Positions 10,227 through 22,382 of a stretch of DNA of 35,530 nucleotides are shown here, piece after piece. The stretch's first letter is position 1; each line of letters begins with the position of its first letter. The notes under the pieces were generated by a model. That model did no database searches. It was not told the origin of the DNA and worked only from the letters and a program-made list of their open reading frames with translations. A program made the translations under genes and the position numbers. The stretch is from Lobosporangium transversale (taxonomy: Eukaryota): contig NW_019029082.1 in NCBI RefSeq assembly GCF_002105155.1, positions 1 through 35,530 on the forward strand, read 5' to 3'.

Positions 10227-11414
10227 CTAGGTCTTGAGGGCGAGGAAGTAGTGAGCATATTTCCTAGGATCCATTCCTCGTCGGGCTTCTAGAACGGATG
10301 CATGGATTGTCTTCTTGGTAGGGCAATTCAAGGCGATGTGGTTAGCGCCACCGCAATACAGGCAAAGACCCATATCTCTGCGGCGCTTTTTCTCTTCGGG
10401 TGTGAGACGTCGGGCACGCATGGCATCTACATCCATTGCCATAGATGGAGCCGCTGGGGCCGGAGTAGTGGTGCTCACTGGTGGGGGACGTCGGGCTGGT
10501 GGTGTCTGATGCTTGAAAGACTCGAAGCGGGGCCGCTGGCGACGATGTGATGACAGATTTCTATAGGCGTCGATTGCCGCGGTCTGCACCTCATGTACGG
10601 TCTTGAACTTAGACCACTGTGGCAAGAGCAGGCCATGGATTTCACTTGATAGACCTTTCTTGAAACGGGCCTTGAGGGCTCGGTCGTTCCAGCCACTGCG
10701 GGCGGCGAGGCGGCGAAACTCTGTTACATATTCGATCATCGAACCGGATTGACGGATGCAGGATAGTTGATGTTCAACATCTTCCTGCTCGAGATGGTCT
10801 CCGAAAAATTCTTCTAATGTCTCGATAAATACTTCGTAGGAAGTCAGGACTCCGGAGTCATCTTCGATTTCTCCATTGATGTACGGAGCAAAGTGCCGAG
10901 ATGCGTCACCATCTAGGCACTGCAGGGAGTAGTTAATCTTTTCTTCGTCGTTGGATAGGGCGTCAGGAAAACGTGCGAAGACAATTTGTAGACGAGCACG
11001 AAAATCCGAGAGGGACAGCTCATCGCTGTTTCCCTTAAACTTGGTAGTGAGGGGTTGCGGGATAGCAGTACGTGGCGTAGGAGCTGTGGCTCGATTTGCA
11101 AGTCAGCTCAGAATAGACTGCATATCTCTTTCGAAGGAGCGCTGCATATTTCTCTGTTCTTGATGCTGGGATGCAAGGGTCTCGATGGCGCTACGTAGGG
11201 TGATTAGCCCTGCGGGGTCAGGATTACTGTTCAGTTGGGCGTGCTGTTGGTTCACTACATCTCGGATATTCTGGATTTGCTGCTGCATTCCGCTAACGGC
11301 TTCAGCATGGGACTGGAGATGAGCCAAGACTTGACGGGGGTCTACATTAGGATCTTGGGCAAGTTCTTCTAGGGCTCGTGGTGTATAGATTTCAGGATGG
11401 GGGTTCTGGGACAT
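10227..11414 (-). pseudogene. gag: Gag, family B, with one in-frame TGA at 11103-11105
   Basis: ORFs 11103-11414 and 10227-10739 share a frame that is otherwise open; MAMDVD motif and CCHC knuckle. Confidence 0.85.
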
Positions 11415-11497
11415 GATTGTGAGATTGGGTTAACAAGGGAAAAATATAACTTGCTTAGGATAAGAGTGGGCAGAACAAGAATTTGTGGAGTCTGCAA

Positions 11498-12034
11498 TGT
11501 CAAGGACTGACAAAGGGTTTGCAAGGAAAGGTAAGTGAATGAATAACAAGAATGATAATGAGCTGAGAACTAGAATGGATTCACGAATAGTTTTATTGCA
11601 GACTGAGGTTTACTATGTTACAAATCTATCATATTTATACTTGTTTGACTGAAGCGGAGACGCGCTTCAAGAACTCTAAATAAAGCTTACTCAAATATTT
11701 CCTAAGGACTTTTACCATATGCGGAACTTCAAGTGTTGAGTTAACTTAATACACAGGATCCGAGGAAGATATCTGGTGCAATCTTATTTCAAGGTTCCTT
11801 GGCACTATAAGCCTTGGTTATTGGTTTATAGCTCTTCTAGAATCCTTGGAGCTATTCACGGAGCTAGAAAACTAGGAGACGCGACTTGGCTTGACAGGCA
11901 AACTATGCATGGAGGAATGAGTGAAGGAAATGGGCGGAACAAATTAATCAAGCACACGTGATCTTTTTCAGATTCGAATCAGACAAAAGTCATTCATCAA
12001 TTCATGAGCTAGACATTGCTTGCTGTTCGTGACA
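11498..12034 (-). repeat. 5' LTR, family B
   Basis: TGTCA...TGACA ends; near-identical to 18133-18669 (two substitutions seen). Confidence 0.95.
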
Positions 12035-12712
12035 GTAGAACTCCTTGGCTCATTTCTGGGAGGAGTAATCCATTGATATTCGGTAGGAGACCTAATAGGG
12101 GAGAGATCGGCTTCAGTGGGCAGTTGTGGCGATCTTCGAGGCGGAGTGAAGGGTGTGCCTGAAATCATTTGGTCGATATTTCCTTCGCTATACCAACCAC
12201 CAAGATCGTTGTATGAGAGTAGGTTATTGATATCAAAAGGGAAAGACATTTTACTATCTGAAGATTGCGAATAAAGTAGGTTGACAATGAGGATGAGATC
12301 GAGAATGAGATTGAGAATGATGTTGCCCATTTCTCGCAAATTCTATTATTTCTAATTAAAAACGAAGATTGAATTGGTTTGGTGGCCATGCATCTAATTC
12401 ATTCCTTCTATTCAAAAAATATATGCATTTTTGTCTTCGTACGTAAATTTTTATTTTTCAAATTTTTAATTCAAATTGAGTATTGTAAAATATATCCAGT
12501 TTATGACTTTTTGGCGAGGACTCTATTTCTACGTCTAGCCAGAATTGCTTAAATTTAGCCAAAAAAAAATATAAAAAATTGCCAATTTTATATTTTTATC
12601 ATTTTTTACCATAAAAGACCCGACTTTTTAGACTATAGAGGTTATCAACATTAGAAATCTCTATTCTATTAGTCATCTATGCTCTAGCCTAGAGTCCTTT
12701 AAAACCGTAGTG
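12035..12712 (-). mobile_element. Possible 5' end of a CACTA-like DNA transposon, with an ORF start (MSFPFDINN...) interrupted by LTR-B
   Basis: Minus strand begins CACTACGG at 12712; only one end is visible. Confidence 0.3.
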
Positions 12713-12716
12713 ACTA

Positions 12717-12921
12717 CAGTGGCTTCCAAAATTGTCCACATGTTCCACGCCCATGTTTTCCATCTTGATTAGAATAATAGCGATGTTTGCTTGCACTTTT
12801 ATCTTTATCAGAATAAACAAGTATGCCAATGATAAGTGTACTGGTCCAGTTTAAAATATCTCTAGTCTCATTCATCATGGTTTTTCATTGACAACAGTAT
12901 TTAATGTCATTTGGACAATTA
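12717..12921 (+). mobile_element. Orphan left end of a Tc1-like element
   Basis: TA followed by CAGTGGCTTCCAAAATT, resembling the TIR at 14468; no partner end. Confidence 0.5.
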
Positions 12922-12923
12922 TA

Positions 12924-14141
12924 CACTATCATGCAAAACTGAAAGTATAATTCATTCCCATGTCCATTTCTTTTTCTCATTCCTAGAAACCGTATATGCA
13001 TACACCACTCACACTTTGGTTTAATAAAGCTCCCGTCTTCTTCTACGTCATAGTTATGCGCTGTGGCATTAGCTTGTCTCATTTAGAAAGTTAATGACTT
13101 TTTTGTTCATGCACGTCTCTCTTTCAGTTTTGCATGTGCTCTCAAATGTTGCCCATGACAACATCTGGTCGTCATTAAATGCGAATAAAAGAAGGACGTT
13201 CTCTCTTTCCTTTATGAACACTTGCTTAACTCTCTCTTAACTACACCTTCACAGAATATGAGACCCACTCCACAAAGGAAAGTCAACGAAGCCAGGAGGT
13301 GAATGATGGCAGGCATGTCTACTAGAGAAGCTGCTGCTAGTGTCGGTATATCACAATGGACGGCCAACAAGATCTATGCAAAGAATAAAGAGTACATGCC
13401 AGTTAATAAAGGTGGTCGACCAAGGAAATTACCTATAGATATCACGCAGTATCTTAAGGTGAACATGAAACGAGGTACACTCAAGTCTGCAGTTGAGGCC
13501 ACCGTCAGGGCCAACCAGCTCATACCAGCGGCTGTTTCTGAGACCACCGTTAGACGACGGCTCAGGAGTCGGGATTGACAGCAAAGAGGCGTGTACGTAG
13601 GCCAGCTCTGCGGCGAAGACATATTAAAGCCCGTTTGCATTTTCACAACAAGTATAAGGAATGGACTCTGGAAGATTGGAAAAAGGTTATTTGGTCAGAT
13701 GAATCGAAAACAAGCCGAATCTGCTCTGATGGCGCGCAGTGGATCTGGGACGCACTCCGAGACGCCTCACTCGCAGGTCGGTGTAAGGCACTGTCAAGTT
13801 TGGAGGTGGTAACGTTAAAGTGTGGTCATGCTTCTCAGCTGTTAGTGACGCCCATGGTTGGAATACTATCTATTGATGTAAGGATATGGCTTACAAAAGA
13901 ATAAAGATCTTCGGCCATCGAATGAGCACATGCAAAACTGAAAGAGAGACGTGCATGAACAAAAAAGTCATTAACTTTCTAAATGAGACAAGCTAATGCC
14001 ACAGCGCATAACTATGACGTAGAAGAAGACGGGAGCTTTATTAAACCAAAGTGTGAGTGGTGTATGCATATACGGTTTCTAGGAATGAGAAAAAGAAATG
14101 GACATGGGAATGAATTATACTTTCAGTTTTGCATGATAGTG
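12924..14141 (+). mobile_element. Internally deleted Tc1/mariner element with 218-bp TIRs
   Basis: 12924-13141 is inverted at 13924-14141; TA on both sides; degenerate transposase ~13258-13830 (GGRPRKL, VSETTVRRRL, WKKVIWSDESK) with a stop and frameshifts. Confidence 0.9.
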
Positions 14142-14478
14142 TATTAACAAGGTATCACTGACCGTTGATGGCTGGACAAGCCCTTTCCAAGACAACTTCC
14201 TGGGGGTAACAGCTCACTGGATTTATCATGACTGGCGCCAACAAGAGCTGGTCATTGGATTTGAGCCATTGTATGGAGCGCATACAGGTGAGAACTTAGC
14301 GGAATCTCTGGCTAAGGTCATCGATCGATTTAAAATTGGTGACAAGCTTCTAAGTATCACCACCGACAATGCGTCAAATATGTCCAAAATGATCCGAGAG
14401 CTAGAAAAACATCCCAAGGCAGTAGAATGGTAATTCTCAGTCACTTTCAATAATGCTAGCGCATCTACAGTGGTCATC

Positions 14479-14691
14479 TGTAAATAGTAACAATCAAAGG
14501 TGATCTTAGGTGGAATCGAAGGTCAAAGGATACTTTAATTGGCTATAACGTAGTGGACTATTTATACTGATAATTGATAGGGTTGGGGCTTGGTGTCTTG
14601 GCACTTGGGCTTGGCGTCTTGGCGTCTGGGGTGCGCGTGATAGTTGAGCCCTCCTCAAAGGTTTGAGTCAGTATTGTATAACACGTTTGCA
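14479..14691 (-). mobile_element. Solo LTR-A within the Tc1 left TIR
   Basis: TSD TCATC at 14474-14478 and 14692-14696; two substitutions versus the other A LTRs. Confidence 0.95.
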
Positions 14692-15017
14692 TCATCAAAA
14701 GTCATTCAATGATTTTGAATTTTTAACATTCTCATTCCTTTTCTTCATTCTCATCTAGCATGTGGCTAGTATATTTGGGGTAGTGCATTTGTTCCCCACA
14801 CCTCATGATTACTTTCATGTCTCATTCCTAATTATGACTTCATTGTGAAATAAAACCAATTTCAATTTGACCTGCCTATTGAATGACTTCTGCTGAATTT
14901 CAATGTTGATTGCAAAAAAAACTTTTTCACTTCTCTTTTTTCTACCAAGATTACCTTCAGCTATATCTTCATACACCTCTACTTACAATTAACATTCCAC
15001 ATCGTTTAGTATTTATT

Positions 15018-16036
15018 ATGAGGACGCTTTCTAGGGAAAAGGTACAAAATGCTCAGGCCTTACTTCGACAAGGGAAGTCTACAAGCGAAGTGGCAAGGCA
15101 ACTTGGTATCTCTATTTCATCGGCAATAAGGATCAGGAGGGACGTCAAGGACAATATTCCTAAACCCAGAATGGGCAGACCCTCATTGGTTTCCCCTGCT
15201 ACCAAGAGGGTTATTGCACGCGAGGTTGATAGGGGAAACTTAGATCCATTCTGGCAGTTCAAGAATACATCAGATCGAGCCATGGAGTGCATGTCAGTGC
15301 AGAGACTGCCCGACGCTATGTAAAATCAGAGGGTTTGAAAAACTATGGCCGCCCATTCAAGCCTAGGCTGACAAAAATGCAGATTGCGAAAAGGAAAAAT
15401 TTTGCCCTCAACCACCTTGACTGGACTGTTGATGACTGGAAGCGAGTGATGTTCTCGGACGAAAAGCTTTTTGGAAGGCTAGGGTCCTTAGGAGGAAGAA
15501 CACAATATAGGCGACCCGGCCACAGGACTTTAGAAGATCAAGATGTTAGAGAGAGATCAAGGAGAGCACATAACAAACTTATGTGGTGGGGCTGTATCAC
15601 TTATCATGGTGTAGGCGATGGTTGCAGGATCCCTGTCACAGTTGATTCCTCTTTATATGTTGATGTTCTACAAGATTATGTCCTCGGCTCATGGAAGTGG
15701 TATGGCCAGGACCCTGAAAAGTTAATTTTTCAGCAGGACAATGCAAGTGTTCATACGAGTAGGATGGTTAAAGAGTTCTTAATTAAGTCACACATTACCA
15801 CTTTGGAGTGGCCTCCAGATTCTCCTGACCTCAACCCTATCGAGAATGTATGGGCCTACATGGATCATCGGCTCAAGGGATATGAGAAGGTACCAAAGGA
15901 TCTGGATGAACTATGGGAAAGACTACAGGATATCTGGACATCTATTCCACCTGACTTCCTTGATGAGCTATATGAAAGTATGCCACGAAGGGTAGAGGAG
16001 CTACATCGCAAGAAAGGAGGTCGTACACATTACTGA
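15018..16036 (+). pseudogene. Tc1 transposase with one frameshift near 15245
   Basis: HTH and GRP motif, then FSDE, FQQDNA and SPDLNPIENVW with 34 residues between D and E. Confidence 0.9.
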
Positions 16037-16768
16037 AGAACAGAAAAAAAAAACAAATAAAGCAAAGCTCCCGATTTTCTTCAAATGGCATTCAATGAGA
16101 TGCCAATAATTGGCATTCATCTAAATTTTCAATTAGCAACAGGAGCTCATTGACATTGTAGTAGGAGTGACATTGTCGATGGTCGAACTCGCTACGTAAG
16201 TTTCATTAGCGACAAGCAAGATCAAATTGGAGAAAGGAATGAGAATGTCGAAATTCCTAATTCATTGAATGACTTTTGATGACCACTGTAGTAATGAGTT
16301 ATCTCTAACGCTTCTCTTAAAAAAAATAAAAATAAATAAAAATAAAAAACATTAGGCCGCTCAAGGATGGCTTATACCATGTGCCATGCCTTGGACGCAT
16401 CATTAATCTGGCAGTTCAGGCGATTTTGGGCCCAAGTGGTTTGAATGACTTGGCTCCTGAAAATGACAGTCTCTACGTGAACAACAATGAGTGTGAGGAT
16501 GCGGTTGGGTTAACACTTGTAACGCTGAGTACATTACAGAAACTCAGAAAAGGCATTGTTAAGATCAGGTCAGTATTACTCTATAATCTTTGCACCATAT
16601 AGACCCATATAGCGTATACGATGATTTAATTTACCACTCACGTGGGGCAGACGATATCTTATAGTATATAAGATGTCGTCTGTCCAGAAATAAAGACCCC
16701 TCTCTTTGTCCTATTGAACTTTGGTTCCATATACATAGTAAGCTATATCAATTAGGCTAAAACATTGC

Positions 16769-17557
16769 ATTCTTGTAGCTGCGCAGACACAATTGTAGAA
16801 GCCAGACTGATTGCACGAGCCTCCTTATCTTGACTCAATCTCGATATATCCTCTACTTCTTCTACGTTATTTTTAGATGGTGCGAGAGCATTCCCATAGG
16901 TGCTGTCTTCACCGGATGGTTCAACTGGCCCCCACACTATTTCTGGCTCGGAATCTGACACATCCGAAGAATAGTCTCCACCATCATCACAGTCGTGCTC
17001 TTCAGGATCCGTATCAACGTCGCTAGCTTCATCATGATTGTAGAATTCGGAGCCTAGCTCAAGGTCTTCAGCTGCATCCTCACCGTTACTCGAAATTAAG
17101 GTATCAGTGGTGAGGACCTATAATTTGCATCAAGAAAAATAATTAATTATAAGCTAATCGAAATAGCTAGCATGTTCGTGATATTTATAAATACCATTGT
17201 GGACGGCTAATATTATCTATCTCAGAGAGGAGGAAGACAGAGAGTTAGAAATGAAGTAGGCTAATTTGAATTTACGCGTTTTTTTTTTTTTTTCTTTTTT
17301 TTAAAAAAATAAAAAGGTTACCTGGGACAGGAGATGGACTACAGAAACACGAAAAGGGCCTGAATGGAGTCTGCAGGAGAGCGATCCTGACATAAATAAA
17401 ATAGTAATGAGCGATGGAATAGGATTAGATGGCGATTGTGATTCGGAAGAAGCAACTGGCAGAAAAGGGTGGATTTAGCAAATAGCCTACTACGTCACCT
17501 CATTATAAATTCTAACAAAAAAATACCACTACGCAACTTGAGTATTTAAGGGAATTC
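16769..17557 (-). mobile_element. Truncated left end of MULE-1, inverted copy of 26646-27434
   Basis: 789-bp reverse-complement match including the TIR and the transposase start. Confidence 0.92.
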
Positions 17558-17795
17558 TTGCTAGGTCAAAGCGTACCACGGAAATGATACATATATCCTA
17601 GGATTTTTTCGGACTTAGACCTTCCTTTTTTAGTCTAACCGTTCGGATAAATTATTGGTAATCTATACTTAGATTCATTTAGATCTTACGTCATGACTGA
17701 CTCAATCTGAAACAATCTAGGAGTTTCCGGATGAGACCCGATTTGGATAATGATTCCTTTTTGGGTTACCGTTCACCCTCTCTCCCGAGAGTCCG
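17558..17795 (+). repeat. Displaced, slightly diverged fragment of the Penelope-like terminal repeat
   Basis: Reverse complement of ~30899-31137 with a few substitutions; bounded on both sides by MULE TIRs. Confidence 0.9.
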
Positions 17796-19448
17796 GAATT
17801 CCCTTAGATGTGATACCATTAAGGGTGATAATAAAGGCGATTTTAATACGTCATACTTTTTTTTTTTTTTTTTCACGCGTTTGCACAAAAACGATCTTGA
17901 TATCAATTCTTCTTATATACCTCTGTCTCTCCAGGTAAAAATCGTTGATAATATTCAGCTCGCAAACTGTTGCCATTACGCGTCGAATGTTGAATGAACT
18001 CTGAATGTAAATCAACATGTGTATTATTTTAGATCATTTCATCGAACAAGCATTATGGTGCGGAGGCTATGTTACCTTATCAATAATAAATATTTGCACA
18101 TATATTAATCACCTCTCGGTTCTCCTTGACCTTGTCAAGGACTGACAAAGGGTTTGCAAGGAAAGGTAAGTGAATGAATAACAAGAATGATAATGAGCTG
18201 AGAACTAGAATGGATTCACGAATAGTTTTATTGCAGACTGAGGTTTACTATGTTACAAATCTATCATATTTATACTTGTTTGACTGAAGCGGAGACGCGC
18301 TTCAAGAACTCTAAATAAAGCTTACTCAAATATTTCCTAAGGACTTTTACCATATGCGGAACTCCAAGTGTTGAGTTAACTTAATACACAGGATCCGAGG
18401 AAGATATCTGGTGCAATCTTATTTCAAGGTTCCTTGGCACTATAAGCCTTGGTTATTGGTTTATAGCTCTTCTAGAATCCTTGGAGCTATTCACGGAGCT
18501 AGAAAACTAGGAGACGCGACTTGGCTTGACAGGCAAACTATGCATGGAGGAATGAGTGAAGGAAATGAGCGGAACAAATTAATCAAGCACACGTGATCTT
18601 TTTCAGATTCGAATCAGACAAAAGTCATTCATCAATTCATGAGCTAGACATTGCTTGCTGTTCGTGACAGACCTTGCTTTCTGTGTAGAGTTCAGAAGTT
18701 ATTGAGGATAGTCTGTTGGATGATGTAGATGAAATAGATCGCGCTGATGATCTAGAAGAATTCGATTCTGACTGTGAGCATGGGAGCGAGGAATCAGACT
18801 CTGACCGGGACTCGTGGAACGTTGACTACAATGACTATTCGAGTGGGGCTTCGGATTCCGACCCAGAAATAGAGCCTGAATCATCTGCAGCTCCTGTTGA
18901 AGCCATTAGCATCCATCCTTCTGCGGATTTTGGTACCGGGGAAAGCTCACTCATGCCGGGTGGCTCAGAGAGTCCAGAACTAGACGAGAGTGTCATTGCG
19001 AACGCCAATGAAATAGCAACTGAGATTTTGTGCTCGGAGGTGCATGATTACCAATGGATTAAGTCGACTCTCGATGATGAAACGATCAAAGACATTGTAA
19101 ACGACTCCCGTACAGAACCGTATGACTACCTGCCCCGTATTTTTTACGTGAACGAGGAGGACTTCAGCGCTTGGCTTGAACAGGATAGTCTCGATCATTA
19201 TTTTGTTTGGATGCGCCGTGTACATCGAGATAATAAGGCAGATGGCAGAAGCAAATACTTTTATTTTCAAACCCACGAATGCCACCGTAACCATGACTCG
19301 CGAGGCCAAAATCGCGTTCAAACCGCTCAACAAGACTCCCCTCAAGACTCCTCTCAAGATTCCCCTCAAGACCCTGGGCAGGAACAAGGAGGCGCGTCTT
19401 TAAGAAGAGCCAAAAAGTTGGATGTAGAGCAAAGCTTCTAGTCCACAA
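17796..19448 (+). mobile_element. 5' part of a second MULE family (MULE-2), truncated by LTR-C
   Basis: Starts GAATTCCCTTAG like the MULE-1 TIR. ORF 18716-19441 resembles MULE-1 (YQWIKST, YDYLPRIFYV; KVGCRAKLLVH after a frameshift). Confidence 0.8.
18133..18669 (-). mobile_element. Solo LTR-B
   Basis: TSD GACCT at 18128-18132 and 18670-18674. Confidence 0.95.
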
Positions 19449-19710
19449 TGCAAGCGAAATCACTATAATAATTTTGTGCAACATAGTATTTCGCCCATAT
19501 TTCTAGAGCATTCCTTGCAACAGGATATTAACTAGTATAAATAGGTCTACTTTTCTATCTAGTTCTGTAGCATAGTTCCCCCTGAATAAAGATACCTTTA
19601 TTGCACCCTTAGATCCCCCTAGAACACTACCTTGATTTTTGCATTGGTAGCAAAGGAAACCACGACCACACCCAGAGAACTACAATTACCATTGAATTTC
19701 ACCCCTCGCC

Positions 19711-20682
19711 ATGGAACACTTGAATAACGCCCTTTCGTCCATCGATCTTCCTCTGAACATTCGCGAAGCCATAGCTACTGCTTTTAATCAGGCCCTCTCT
19801 ACTGCCAAAGCCAACGAAGCCGCTGAGAATGACCTAGCCAGAACCCTCGCCACGGTCCTAAAGCCACAGAAGCCTACGCCTTACGAAGGAGCTATTAACG
19901 CTGTTGCAGCCTTAAACTTTGTCGACAGCCTGGAGGAGTATTACACTATTGTCACACTCACGCCATCCAAATGGGTTCGATACGCTGTCCTCAGTCTCAA
20001 TGGCGAAGCCAAGGCATGGTGGAGAGATTCCGGGTTGAATCTCGATACACCTTGGGCTGACTTCCGTAAAGCATTCCTCCGTCAGTTCACCCCTCCAGAT
20101 TCTGCGAATGCAGCTCGCCGAGCGTTGGATAAACTTCGTCAGGGAAGGATGAGTGTGGCAGAATATACGAGCAAGTTTAGAAGCCACCTACGTCTGGCTA
20201 CAAATCTCGACAAAGACTCTGCTTTGCAAAAATACATGCTAGGCCTTGAGCCCGAAACAAGCAAGCAGGTAAGACTTAGACAGCCAGAGACGTTGGACGA
20301 TGCCATTGAGCAGGCGACCATTGTCCACAGTATTCTACATCCCATCGATGCCACCCCTGTATCCGCTACCCCGAACGCCTTATCACCCCATCATGAGAAT
20401 AATTCTGGCCCTACACCAATGGATCTCGATAACATGAGAATGTTGGTTGCCAACCTGTACACCTCTCTCCATCAGCAACGACCAAACAGAAACCACTCCA
20501 AGCCAAGCTCGCTACCCAAGCTCACAGCAGCTGAACGAGAACGTTGCGTTCGTGAGGGGCGTTGTTTCAGATGCCGGAACCGAGGTCATAGAGCCGAACA
20601 ATGCCAACGCACCTCTGTCTTTAATATAGAAAACAATGACCATACGCTTTCTGAGTCGGGAAAAGAGGAGGGCGAGCAGTAA
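19711..20682 (+). CDS. gag: Gag, family C
   Basis: Colinear with family A Gag; CFRCRNRGHRAEQC knuckle. Confidence 0.93.
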   Translation: MEHLNNALSSIDLPLNIREAIATAFNQALSTAKANEAAENDLARTLATVLKPQKPTPYEGAINAVAALNFVDSLEEYYTIVTLTPSKWVRYAVLSLNGEAKAWWRDSGLNLDTPWADFRKAFLRQFTPPDSANAARRALDKLRQGRMSVAEYTSKFRSHLRLATNLDKDSALQKYMLGLEPETSKQVRLRQPETLDDAIEQATIVHSILHPIDATPVSATPNALSPHHENNSGPTPMDLDNMRMLVANLYTSLHQQRPNRNHSKPSSLPKLTAAERERCVREGRCFRCRNRGHRAEQCQRTSVFNIENNDHTLSESGKEEGEQ

Positions 20683-21859
20683 ACCAGGCCTGCCTCGCCC
20701 CCTCTAGCCCCAGCCTTCAAGCCCTGGATAATAGAGGGCATGGTCAGTTACAGTTGATGACTACAAATAAAAATCCTTTGTGCACAAATATAACATCCAT
20801 GCCCCTTTCTGATCACTCTATTGCTCCCACTGCATCTACTTCCTTACATCTACTCTCTAAGTATTCACCTCATCCTGATCCCCATTCCCCTACTCATTCC
20901 TCATTGCTAAAAAACAATCCCCTCTCCGACCCTATTTTCCCCTCCACTGATCCTTTCACTGTTTCCACTTCACTCACTTCCACTCATTCATCTACCCCTA
21001 GTTCATCCAATCGCCACTCCCATTGTCGTAACGAAATTCGCCTTCAATCCTTCAGCCTTACCTATGACAAACATAAAAACTCTCGCCGACTCCTTACTTT
21101 CATTGGAGCAGTGAATGGTCGACCTGCGCGCATTCTTGTAGATGGAGGGGCCGAAGGCAATGTCATAAGTTCCTCTTTCTGCGAGAACACACATGTTCCG
21201 CTAATTGAGGGTAGACCCATTCCTGTCATTCTTCCCAACGGTACCGAGACAATTGCTCAGCACACAGCCACGTTCACCCTCGCCCGCAACGCGTATCAGG
21301 ATAAAATCAACGCCATTGTTTATCCTCTATCCAAATACGACCTAATTTTGGGTAAACCATGGCTGATGGATATCAACCCTCGCATCAATTGGCGAACAAA
21401 TGATCTGCATTTTGAATACCAAGGTACCCCGGTCTTGTGGCCTTGCACTGGCATCGACAGGAAGCCTAGACAGCGATCTTCCGTCATATCTGCTCTTAAC
21501 TTCCTTACCGTTGCCTCGGAACCTGATGCCTCTGTATTCCTCGCCCAAGTTCGAGTTCCAGTACCTGTCTCTAGCAGTAGTTCTGAACTACCGGACTCTA
21601 TCAAGCAAATCGTTCAAGTCGAATTCCCTGATGTCTTTTATACAACGCTTCCTGATGGCCTTCCCCCTGACAGAGGTGATAGCATGCGTATAGAGACTGA
21701 CCCTTATGCTGACCCACCTGTCCGACCTGTCATCAGATTGTCGATCGCTGAGCTTGATGAACTGAAGAAGCAGCTAACTGATCTTTTACAAAAAGGATTA
21801 ATCTCACCGAGCACCTCACCATACGGTGCTCCAGTCCTCTTTCTGAAGAAAAAGGATGG
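20658..21859 (+). pseudogene. pol: Truncated Pol, family C (protease and first RT residues)
   Basis: G GGA AAA at 20658-20664; LVDGGA; SPSTSPYGAPVLF. Confidence 0.9.
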
Positions 21860-22382
21860 TGTCACGAACAGCAAGCAATGTCTAGCTCATGAATTGATGA
21901 ATGACTTTTGTCTGATTCGAATCTGAAAAAGATCACGTGTGCTTGATTAATTTGTTCCGCTCATTTCCTTCACTCATTCCTCCATGCATAGTTTGCCTGT
22001 CAAGCCAAGTCGCGTCTCCTAGTTTTCTAGCTCCGTGAATAGCTCCAAGGATTCTAGAAGAGCTATAAACCAATAACCAAGGCTTATAGTGCCAAGGAAC
22101 CTTGAAATAAGATTGCACCAGATATCTTCCTCGGATCCTGTGTATTAAGTTAACTCAACACTTGGAGTTCCGCATATGGTAAAAGTCCTTAGGAAATATT
22201 TGAGTAAGCTTTATTTAGAGTTCTTGAAGCGCGTCTCCGCTTCAGTCAAACAAGTATAAATATGATAGATTTGTAACATAGTAAACCTCAGTCTGCCATA
22301 AAACTATTCTTGAATCTCCTAAGTTCATTCTTGTTCCTAAATCACTTACCTTCTCTTGCAATCGTCCTGTCAGTCCTTGACA
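21860..22382 (+). mobile_element. Solo LTR-B variant with a divergent 3' part and no TSD
   Basis: Matches the other B LTRs to ~22296, then diverges but ends TGTCAGTCCTTGACA; flanks GATGG/TTAAT. Confidence 0.9.

Larger units (their letters stand above)
10018..12034 (-). mobile_element. Ty3/gypsy family B, 5' portion (LTR, gag, start of protease)
   Basis: 537-bp LTR 11498-12034, gag with CLYCGGANHIALNC, protease ALIDSGA in an overlapping frame, cut by LTR-A at 10017. Confidence 0.9.
14468..16288 (+). mobile_element. Tc1 (DD34E) element, full length
   Basis: TIR CAGTGGTCATCAAAAGTCATTCAATGA at both ends, the left one split by a solo LTR; TA TSD. Confidence 0.92.
14146..16602 (+). pseudogene. 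hAT transposase fragment whose intron holds a Tc1 element
   Basis: SLTVDGWTS, FLGVTAHW, HTGENLA, ITTDNASNM (14146-14429). Intron 14430-16355 splices in frame to WPLKDGLYHVPCLGRIINLAVQ, where CxxH reads CxxR. Confidence 0.85.
19449..21859 (+). mobile_element. Ty3/gypsy family C (relative of A), 5' portion
   Basis: LTR 19449-19643 (TGCAA..TTGCA), PBS 19645-19656, gag and pol, cut at KKKDG by LTR-B. Confidence 0.9.

Noticed and set aside
11776..11961. 61-aa ORF repeated three times (also 18411 and 21933)
   Set aside because: It lies inside LTR-B, starts at GTG and recurs only because the LTR does.
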